A program made the position numbers and the translations under genes. A stretch of DNA of 24,000 nucleotides, from the NCBI GenBank assembly GCA_964600735.1, contig CAZRLL010000002.1, forward strand, positions 1 through 24,000, read 5' to 3'. Positions 8,021 through 14,334 of this stretch are shown in pieces. The stretch is from an uncultured archaeon (GTDB taxonomy: Archaea; Asgardarchaeota; Heimdallarchaeia; Heimdallarchaeales; Kariarchaeaceae). Position 1 is the stretch's first letter. Each line of letters opens with the position of its first letter. A model generated the notes under the pieces. The model was not told the origin of the DNA. It did no database searches and worked only from the letters and a program-made list of their open reading frames with translations.

Positions 8021-8554
8021 ATGACATCAATTTCAGAAGAGCAACGTCAAACACTTTTGAGTATGGTAGAAGATGTAGCTGGACCAGAAGTTCGAGAGGT
8101 AACTATTATTTTGCTCTCCCATAAAGGAGAGTTAACAGATGAAATTATTGCAGAAGAGTTGGATATAAAACTAAATCAAGTTCGAAAAGCCCTATACCGA
8201 CTCCACGATCTGGAATTAGCAACTTTCCGCAGGATTAGGGATAAAACTACAGGTTGGTTCATATTTTATTGGAAGTTGCATCCTGAAAAAATAACAAGTC
8301 TTGTATTCACAAAACAACGAAATGTTTTGGAGAAAATTCAGACTCGATTGAGTTATGAGGAAGGTAACATGTTTTTCAGCTGTTTAACACCCAGTTGCAA
8401 CAGAGTGACTTTTCAGAATGCTATGGAACAAGATTTTATCTGTGTAGACTGTGAAGAAAGATTGGAATCTTTTGATAATTCAAAAATAATTAAAGTACTA
8501 AGATTAAAGGTCGAACAACTAAATAAAATCCTAATAGAAGAAGATAGGGAATAA
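8021..8554 (+). CDS. tfe: Transcription factor E alpha (TFE; TFIIE-alpha homologue)
   Basis: The winged-helix region is LTDEIIAEELDIKLNQVRKALYRLHDLELATFRRIRDKTTGWFIFYWKL. It is followed by a Zn-ribbon-like segment, FSCLTPSCNRVTF...FICVDCEERL. The 177-aa length is typical of TFE-alpha. Confidence 0.85.
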   Translation: MTSISEEQRQTLLSMVEDVAGPEVREVTIILLSHKGELTDEIIAEELDIKLNQVRKALYRLHDLELATFRRIRDKTTGWFIFYWKLHPEKITSLVFTKQRNVLEKIQTRLSYEEGNMFFSCLTPSCNRVTFQNAMEQDFICVDCEERLESFDNSKIIKVLRLKVEQLNKILIEEDRE

Positions 8555-8573
8555 GGAAAAAGTCTTCACTAAG

Positions 8574-9242
8574 TTATTTGTCACTACTGCCTAATTCTTC
8601 CTTCAAAGATTTTAATTCATCTTCAAGATCATTTGTTGACTCTTTTTTCTCATTTTCACCTGAAGTAGATGGAGTCGTAAGCATGCCGGCTTCGGGCAAG
8701 TCACCATGAGATTCGGATTGCATTTCCAATTCAAGAGCAGCTAGCTGATCATCGATTGAATCAGCAAATTCACCATCCAGATCCATTTCAAGACTTGAAA
8801 CATCTGATAACGATTCAGTCATCATAGAAATCCTGTCCCGTTGATCATCCATCTCAACTATGGTCCTTTCAACGTCTAATGGAGATATTTGTTCTAATGT
8901 ATCTTCAACAACTTGACTACCTACTTTCAAAGCAGTTACTGTTTCTGCTGTTGATTTTGCAGTTGAGATTGTATCAATTTGAGTTGATAAATTTAAACTC
9001 ATATTTTGACTTTGATTGTATTTTTGCATATACAAGCTGCTTCGCGTTAGAGCTTGTCTGGCACCAACCTTGTTCCCAGATTGAACCATAGATTTGGCAA
9101 CTTGCTTTTGTTCTTCGGATTTTCTAAGAAGATTCCGCCCTTCTACTTCCAAAGAGTTAAGTTGTTTTTTTAACTTCTGGAGCGCTTCAGCCTCCTTATT
9201 ATCACTCTTACCCTTACCAAATAACCATGATTTGATACCCAA
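8574..9242 (-). CDS. ESCRT-III subunit, Snf7 family, Vps20/32/60 (CHMP4/6)-like
   Basis: It has an N-terminal membrane-insertion-like motif (GIKSWLFGKGK) and a basic helical hairpin (LQKLKKQLNSLEVEGRNLLRKSEEQKQVAKSMVQSGNKVGARQALTRSSLYMQKYNQ). The C-terminal half is acidic and ends in a MIM-like helix (DLEDELKSLKEEL). The start is a TTG, with GGAGG (9251-9255) 8 nt upstream and no alternative start that keeps the conserved N-terminus. Confidence 0.85.
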   Translation of the reverse strand: MGIKSWLFGKGKSDNKEAEALQKLKKQLNSLEVEGRNLLRKSEEQKQVAKSMVQSGNKVGARQALTRSSLYMQKYNQSQNMSLNLSTQIDTISTAKSTAETVTALKVGSQVVEDTLEQISPLDVERTIVEMDDQRDRISMMTESLSDVSSLEMDLDGEFADSIDDQLAALELEMQSESHGDLPEAGMLTTPSTSGENEKKESTNDLEDELKSLKEELGSSDK

Positions 9243-9245
9243 TTT

Positions 9246-9857
9246 TTATTCCTCCTTTTTCCTTAAAGATTCTATTTCTTTCTCTAATTCTGATGTTTTC
9301 GTTGTAGGCATTGGTAATCCAACAGAAGCAGTTATTCCAACTTCTGCACCATATTCCTGGAGTAGATTGTCAATTTCCCCCTCATCGGTATCAGATTCAA
9401 ATAGTTGATCCATGCTGTCTTCCATAATTTCTGATGTGTCTTCAATGCCTTCAAGAGCTTGATTCATGTCGCCAACCAAATTATCAATCTCAGGTAGGTT
9501 TAAAGCGTTGTTTGCATCAATCAATGATTTTGAAACACCTCTCATTTCCTTTGCGATATCTTGGACAGCATCGGCTCGCTCTAACTTGAAAATAAGTCCA
9601 TCAATCTTGCTAATGAGAGATTGATATCCTCTCCCCCATTTTCTTGAACGCACGGTATCTTGTGCATACATACGTGCAGCCTGCATATCTCCTTTTTGAA
9701 TTGCTGCTCGAATTTTTCGTTCAGTTTTCTTTTCTTGATTTTCAAGCTTACGCTGAGATTTTGTCAATCTTCGATTGACAAGTTTCAAATTTAAAGTGTT
9801 GTCACGACTGGATCTTGTACTTTTACCTCCAACAAGCCATCCTAGTATATCTCTCAA
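9246..9857 (-). CDS. ESCRT-III subunit, Snf7 family, Vps2/24/46 (CHMP1/2/3)-like
   Basis: The N-terminus is RDILGWLVGGK. The core KLVNRRLTKSQRKLENQEKKTERKIRAAIQKGDMQAARMYAQDTVRSRKW matches the Vps2/CHMP2 pattern (Rel.r....le.qekk....IKka.kkG....Aki.A.d.vr.r). The C-terminus is acidic and ends in an amphipathic MIM-like helix (SELEKEIESLRKKEE). The start is a TTG, the first start-type codon after an in-frame TAA at 9885-9887. Confidence 0.85.
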   Translation of the reverse strand: MRDILGWLVGGKSTRSSRDNTLNLKLVNRRLTKSQRKLENQEKKTERKIRAAIQKGDMQAARMYAQDTVRSRKWGRGYQSLISKIDGLIFKLERADAVQDIAKEMRGVSKSLIDANNALNLPEIDNLVGDMNQALEGIEDTSEIMEDSMDQLFESDTDEGEIDNLLQEYGAEVGITASVGLPMPTTKTSELEKEIESLRKKEE

Positions 9858-10140
9858 TTTTAATTCACTCGTATTATATTGTGCTTACATTAATTATTAA
9901 TTTTCCCTTTAATAAAAACTTCCTATTGGAATGTCATAATGATCGCGCGAATTTGGCTCGAAAATACTTTAATTCATATCATACAATTATAAATATTGTA
10001 CTTGATTGATTTGTGTCCATTGTAATAATTGCTGTAACTAATATTGGGAATTTTCCATCCAGTCATTATTATCAGACAAAGGTATTTATCAAATGAAAAA
10101 TATTTTTTATTTTGTAGCAGTAACCAGAGTGGGTGATTTA
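9858..10140. promoter_or_regulatory. Divergent promoter region between the ESCRT-III operon (-) and the Vps4-Vps25 operon (+)
   Basis: This is a 283-bp AT-rich spacer between divergently oriented genes. It has a TATA-like ATTTATCA at 10084-10091 and an SD-like GGTGAT at 10132-10137. An isolated perfect GC palindrome, TCGCGCGA, sits at 9943-9950. The exact elements are unverified. Confidence 0.3.
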
Positions 10141-11289
10141 ATGAGTCAAAATTTATATGCAAGAGCCAGAGTACTTGCTGAGCAAGCAGTCGAAGCTGAT
10201 AATGCACAGAAATATGGGGATGCACTTAACATGTATCTCCAAGCTGCAGAAATCTTGCTCGAGATGACCAAATTCACATCGAATTCCAGACTCGTTGACA
10301 CCTATGAAAGCAGGGCGAAAGAATATATTGCTCGTGCCAAGGTCCTTAAGCCATTGAGTCTGCAGAAAAAAAGTATAAAATCAGATAGATCAAGTGATTC
10401 ATCAGATGATTCTGAACTTGACAGTTCATTGGAGGATGCAATTGTTTCAGAGATACCTGATGTTACATTAGATGACGTGGCAGGACTTACCGATGCTAAA
10501 ACCGCTTTGCGAGAAGCGATTGTTTTACCATTACTTCGACCTGATTTATTTACAGGATCGAGACAGCCTTGGAGAGGTATATTATTGCATGGACCCCCCG
10601 GTTGTGGAAAAACTATGATTGCTAAAGCTACTGCTGGTGATGTTGAGGCAACATTTTTCAATATTTCTGCAGCTACTTTGGTAAGTAAATGGCTGGGAGA
10701 GAGTGAGAAGTTAGTAAAAAGGTTATATGAAATTGCAAAAGATAAGCAACCCTCAATAATTTTTATTGACGAAGTCGATTCCCTGACCCAAACGAGGGGA
10801 GAGGGAGAAAATGATGCGATGAGGAGAGTTAAGACTCAATTATTAACAAGCATGGAAGGATTGTCATCAAAAAAAGGAGATCGAGTAGTCACAATCGGAG
10901 CAACAAATATTCCATGGGAAATTGATTCTGCTTTTAGGCGAAGATTCCAGAGAAGAATATACGTTTCATTACCCGATATAGAGGCAAGGGAAGTGATCTT
11001 CAAAATTAATTCCAAAGGGATTGAACTTAACCCTGACATCGATTTCAATGAACTTGCGAAAATGACAGAGGAATATTCTGGATCGGATATTGCAAATATT
11101 TGCCGTGAAGCAATAATGAAACCGATACGCGATTTAGATACTAGTGATTTAATTTTGGATTTGGAAACAAAAGCAAGACCTGTTGTCCACAGTGACTATA
11201 TTAGTGCACTTGAAAATGTTCGCAAGTCGGTATCTGCCTCAGAATTGGCAAAATTTGATGAATGGGACAATGAATTTGGAGCAGGCTAG
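10141..11289 (+). CDS. vps4: Vps4-type AAA+ ATPase (MIT domain plus a single AAA cassette)
   Basis: The N-terminal MIT-like three-helix region is ARVLAEQAVEADNAQKYGDALNMYLQAAEILLEM...YESRAKEYIARAKVL, followed by a Ser/Asp-rich linker. Walker A is GPPGCGKT (10591-10614) and Walker B is IIFIDEVD. The second region of homology is ATNIPWEIDSAFRRRFQRRIYVSLPD, and the Vps4-type C-terminal helix is ELAKFDEWDNEFG. The ATG at 10141 is preferred over 10093 because of the adjacent SD-like motif. The extra 16 aa from 10093 are hydrophobic and not MIT-like. Confidence 0.93.
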   Translation: MSQNLYARARVLAEQAVEADNAQKYGDALNMYLQAAEILLEMTKFTSNSRLVDTYESRAKEYIARAKVLKPLSLQKKSIKSDRSSDSSDDSELDSSLEDAIVSEIPDVTLDDVAGLTDAKTALREAIVLPLLRPDLFTGSRQPWRGILLHGPPGCGKTMIAKATAGDVEATFFNISAATLVSKWLGESEKLVKRLYEIAKDKQPSIIFIDEVDSLTQTRGEGENDAMRRVKTQLLTSMEGLSSKKGDRVVTIGATNIPWEIDSAFRRRFQRRIYVSLPDIEAREVIFKINSKGIELNPDIDFNELAKMTEEYSGSDIANICREAIMKPIRDLDTSDLILDLETKARPVVHSDYISALENVRKSVSASELAKFDEWDNEFGAG

Positions 11290-11293
11290 TTTA

Positions 11294-12016
11294 ATGTCAG
11301 TAAAAGAGCGTCCTGATAAGAAAAAAGAAAAAGAAAAAGTAGATAATTATAGTGCAAAAAATGAGGATAAATCGATAGAAGACTGGTTGGATAACGTTTC
11401 GCTTGATCCTCCCGAACAAACTCCTAAAACGAGCTCTGAAGACCCCCATATCGCACAATCAAAAGAAGAAATTCAGATAGTGTCCCAGGATAAGCACCAT
11501 GAATTCATTGTTTCATTACCATCTTGGATTTCTAAACCCTGGATGTATGTTCAACCAACCCATCAAAATCAGTTGGAATCGTGGTTGGATTCGTGGAAAA
11601 AAGTAATTGTAGATTATTCGCGTATTTTAACTTTACATGTCATTAACATATCGGAGTTGATCAACCAACACCCGTTTAATAATCACGAACTCAATAAAAG
11701 ATTAACAGGAGATATTATTAATAATATCTTTGAACATATGATACAAGATGGGTTAGCGAAATGGCTTGACGAGAATCATATTTTAGTACGAATATATTAT
11801 AAAACTAATGAACAGTGGAGTTCAATTATTATGGAATATTTGATAAATACCGGACTAGCAGCTGAAGTCTTAACACTTTATGAGGTGGAAAAATTAGAAC
11901 AAGAATGGAGTTCAATTCCTCGTAATGAATTGGTGGAAATATTTGACATTCTAGTAACCAAAAAAAGAGCAGGATGGGTGGGAGATACCAAAGACACACT
12001 AACGTTTCATTTATGA
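11294..12016 (+). CDS. ESCRT-II subunit, Vps25-like (tandem winged-helix) with an ~85-aa charged N-terminal extension
   Basis: FIVSLPSWISKPWMYVQPTHQNQLESWLDSWKKVIVDY aligns with the Vps25 hallmark F.WP....FPPFFTLQPN..TR..QL..W..LIL.Y. It is followed by ...ELINQHPFNNHELNKRL... and ...EQWSSIIMEYLINTGLAAEVLTLYEV..., as in Vps25 WH1/WH2. The ATG lies 4 nt after the Vps4 stop. The ORF-track start at 11183 overlaps Vps4 and is rejected. Confidence 0.8.
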   Translation: MSVKERPDKKKEKEKVDNYSAKNEDKSIEDWLDNVSLDPPEQTPKTSSEDPHIAQSKEEIQIVSQDKHHEFIVSLPSWISKPWMYVQPTHQNQLESWLDSWKKVIVDYSRILTLHVINISELINQHPFNNHELNKRLTGDIINNIFEHMIQDGLAKWLDENHILVRIYYKTNEQWSSIIMEYLINTGLAAEVLTLYEVEKLEQEWSSIPRNELVEIFDILVTKKRAGWVGDTKDTLTFHL

Positions 12017-12100
12017 TTGATGATTGAATTTCTTGTTAATAATATTTATTGTTGAATCTAGTGTACTATTGATATTTCACTTTTAATTCGCTTTTTTCGA

Positions 12101-12826
12101 TCATTGTTGTCCAAGACTCGGGAACCAGTATTTTATTCCCTCATGGTATGATTCGTCCTTTAAGGTTATTCCCTCTTTAATTAATTCTTCAATTACTCTT
12201 GTCACCCTTTCAGGAGGCCAACCAGTATACATAATAAGTGATTCTTTTGTTAGGAATCCGTGTCGAGCTGCCAAATCGAATACATTTTGTTGGTCTTTAG
12301 ATAATTCGATTGCAATAAATTCAACAATCAAGACACCAGATGGTAATTTTCTCAAAGGTTGGATTAATTTTGAATCAACTAGAGAGTTTAATGACCGTAT
12401 TGCATCCTTGGGTGGTACCAATTTTCCAGGGCGAGATTTATTAATTTTTATAACTAATTCAGCAACAGATATTAAACCCCCTGTATCTTGCACAAATGAT
12501 TTTCCTAATTCAAGTATTTCATTTGCGAGTTGATCAAAATAACCCTTACCTCTGATTCGATCCATAACTGATGGACTCTCTTTCCAATCATAAATTCCAA
12601 CTTCTTCCGGTAATCCCAATTCTTCACGAATAACCGCGATTTTTTCGTAATAATCCTTATTATTTCGAATTTCTTTTCCATGTTTCTTTTCGAATTTCTT
12701 TAACTGTTCTTTAAGAGTTTCAACATTTTCGATAAGATTATCCAACTCAAGTAGCATCATTTCTGCTTCTTTGCGCTGATATGCGCTTTTGGATTTGATC
12801 TTCCTCTCGATATCTCTTAATCCCAT
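12101..12826 (-). CDS. ESCRT-II subunit, Vps22/Vps36-like (EAP30 domain)
   Basis: An N-terminal helical/coiled-coil segment is followed by an EAP30-like tandem winged helix: DTGGLISVAELVIKINKSRPGKLVPPKDAIRSLNSLV...LPSGVLIVEF...LTKESLIMYTGWPPERVTRVIEELIKEGITLKDES..GIKYWFPSL. Compare the Vps22/36 pattern GGmi.l.d.y...R...vSp.Dl..A...l...sG..v.q...ws..ra...L...G..w.D....yw.p. The start ATG overlaps the Vps28-like stop (TAATG). Confidence 0.8.
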   Translation of the reverse strand: MGLRDIERKIKSKSAYQRKEAEMMLLELDNLIENVETLKEQLKKFEKKHGKEIRNNKDYYEKIAVIREELGLPEEVGIYDWKESPSVMDRIRGKGYFDQLANEILELGKSFVQDTGGLISVAELVIKINKSRPGKLVPPKDAIRSLNSLVDSKLIQPLRKLPSGVLIVEFIAIELSKDQQNVFDLAARHGFLTKESLIMYTGWPPERVTRVIEELIKEGITLKDESYHEGIKYWFPSLGQQ

Positions 12827-13437
12827 TACAATTCCTTCAAATGTCTGCGAAATTCGTTTAACCAGCGTACTGCGTCAAATTCTAACTTCTCACACTGCTC
12901 ATCGGATAGAACCATTGTGGGTTTCTCATCTAGTAGTGTCTTTCGCCAACCGTTTAATTCAATGATGGACCAATGATCTTCACCTAATTTTGGAAAATTT
13001 ATCAAAATATTGTACATGTCATCTAATAAAGGTACGAGATATTCCACTTTAGCTACCGTTCTTAATTTTAATAAATCAATCAACTCAATTGCATTTGCTA
13101 CATAATCAGCAGATTTTACAGGTAATTCCTTTAGTTCTTTATACTCTAGTGATATTGCATCAGAGTCTAATCCTTCAACAAGATCCAATCTTCTCATTCC
13201 TTCAGGGAACTTGTTGGTCAAATCTTCACGTTCAATAAAATCTGTCAGATTGAAACCTTGTCTTTCCAATTGTAATCTGGCTTTGAAAACATCAGAAATG
13301 CATGACTTCAATTGTCTTCGATAAAGCGTCTCTTCAACCAATCCCTTATCAAAATATTTTGATAATTGGTCCATTGTAGCAATGGCAGCATATAGGTCTG
13401 CTTCAACTTGTAATGGGTCTTTTTGTCTTCTCTGCAT
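12826..13437 (-). CDS. ESCRT-I subunit, Vps28-like
   Basis: The N-terminal core LYAAIATMDQLSKYFDKGLVEETLYRRQLKSCISDVFKARLQL matches LYsii.t.e.LEkay.kd.i...eY...c.kLl.Q.k. The C-terminal four-helix-bundle region EYLVPLLDDMYNILINFPKLGEDHW..LNGWRKTLLDEKPTMVLSDEQCEKLEFDAVRWLNEFRRHL matches the Vps28 CTD pattern (..W...L..m.a.deL.e.q.rql.fDle.aY..F...L). Confidence 0.8.
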   Translation of the reverse strand: MQRRQKDPLQVEADLYAAIATMDQLSKYFDKGLVEETLYRRQLKSCISDVFKARLQLERQGFNLTDFIEREDLTNKFPEGMRRLDLVEGLDSDAISLEYKELKELPVKSADYVANAIELIDLLKLRTVAKVEYLVPLLDDMYNILINFPKLGEDHWSIIELNGWRKTLLDEKPTMVLSDEQCEKLEFDAVRWLNEFRRHLKEL

Positions 13438-14107
13438 AATTAGGTCCCTCTATTTGTAATAATTCTCGGGTCGCAATGTATAGCTCACGGATGTATTTTC
13501 GATATAATCTAAAGAAATCAACTTGGTCAATATCCGCTTCCTCAAACTTAATGGTTATTAATTCCAGCAGATCATTAATGGCAAGTACCTGGCATTCTGC
13601 ATCCATTTGTCTCGATATTTTAAATGACCCACCAACTGCGACATCAACTCCTGCCTTTTGGAGTTGATCAGTTTTTATTTCAGCTATTTTTCGGTTATAT
13701 TCAGCTATTTGTTTCTGAAGAGAAACGATTTCCTGTTCCAGCTTGCCCTCGAGCATCGAAATATCTTTTACACCACGTGTTATGGATGTTCTAGAACGAA
13801 TGAATAACCGACGAGTTGTAGATATCACATCTTTTAATCGATATGTAGGTTCCCACTCGTCCAATAATTGCAGGGCTAGTGTCTTATTTGAATTAATATT
13901 AGGATGACGAATTTCTGTTAATACGTTGACATCAGGCCTGATTACTGGATAAAATTCCGGTAAAGTAATTCGAATTCTGATGTCGTCACCTGATGCCGTT
14001 CTTCCAACCTTTCCGACGAAGGCATTTCCATGTGCTTGAAAGGTTGGTTCATTTCGAAAAATCCAATCAAGCTCTTGAGCAATAATTTTTCCTGTGTCAA
14101 TATCCAT
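13403..14107 (-). CDS. ESCRT-I subunit, Vps23/Tsg101-like: UEV (catalytically dead E2 fold), coiled coil and steadiness-box-like C-terminus
   Basis: The E2/UBC-fold core is IRITLPEFYPVIRPDVNVLTEIRHPNINSNKTLALQLLDEWEPTYRLKDVI. It keeps the HPN motif (13904-13906), but the catalytic Cys position is Ala (GCC, 13874-13876). A coiled coil follows (LEGKLEQEIVSLQKQIAEYNRKIAEIKTDQLQK), then a C-terminal helical hairpin (INDLLELITIKFEEADIDQVDFFRLYRKYIRELYIATREL). The ATG at 14107 has AGGTGG (14120-14125) 12 nt upstream. The ORF track extends to a TTG at 14185. Confidence 0.7.
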   Translation of the reverse strand: MDIDTGKIIAQELDWIFRNEPTFQAHGNAFVGKVGRTASGDDIRIRITLPEFYPVIRPDVNVLTEIRHPNINSNKTLALQLLDEWEPTYRLKDVISTTRRLFIRSRTSITRGVKDISMLEGKLEQEIVSLQKQIAEYNRKIAEIKTDQLQKAGVDVAVGGSFKISRQMDAECQVLAINDLLELITIKFEEADIDQVDFFRLYRKYIRELYIATRELLQIEGPNYAEKTKRPITS

Positions 14108-14334
14108 TTTGCTTACTGACCACCTACTCTCATGTATTTCCCAATGTAAATAATTACGATTGTACAAGATAATAAGGTTAAGCAATTTGATAGTTACTTT
14201 TGTTAGAATTATTTATTATTTTGCTCAAGAATTTTCGATCCACTCTTTATGACAGTCAGATATGATATGATCTTTTTATAATATTTTGAAAATATTACTC
14301 CTAAAACTAATTTTGTATTAAATCAATTAACCCA

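Noticed and set aside
8879-9408. Plus-strand ORFs 8879-9091 and 9094-9408 opposite the ESCRT-III genes
   Set aside because: They are antisense shadows of well-supported Snf7-family genes. The translated sequences are Leu/Ser/Phe-rich, which is typical of the reverse frame of Glu/Lys-rich coiled coils.
10093-10140. ATG at 10093 as the Vps4 start (ORF-track start)
   Set aside because: The extra 16 residues (MKNIFYFVAVTRVGDL) are hydrophobic and not MIT-like. The SD-like GGTGAT sits directly before the ATG at 10141, and a TATA-like element overlaps 10084-10091. It cannot be fully excluded without TSS data.
9815-10225. ORFs 9815-10009 (+) and 9974-10225 (-) in the divergent promoter region
   Set aside because: They lie in AT-rich intergenic sequence and give Ile/Leu/Asn/Tyr-rich translations expected by chance in low-GC DNA. 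They have no SD, and they overlap promoter-like elements and the Vps4 5' end.
10302-10661. 119-aa antisense ORF inside Vps4 (also 10836-11048)
   Set aside because: This is a shadow ORF opposite a strongly conserved AAA+ coding region. The sequence is low-complexity and no motif is recognisable.
11183-11293. Upstream extension of the Vps25-like ORF overlapping the 3' end of Vps4
   Set aside because: It overlaps the conserved Vps4 C-terminal helix in another frame. The ATG at 11294 lies 4 nt after the Vps4 stop, which gives a clean operon junction.
8574-14185. Eukaryotic contamination or a chimeric contig as the explanation for the ESCRT genes
   Set aside because: The genes have no introns and are packed with 1-35-nt overlaps and SD-like motifs. 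They share the AT-rich composition of the flanking, unmistakably archaeal genes (TFE, TFS, Gins51, BHB-type tRNA introns). Contig-level read-pair validation would still be prudent.
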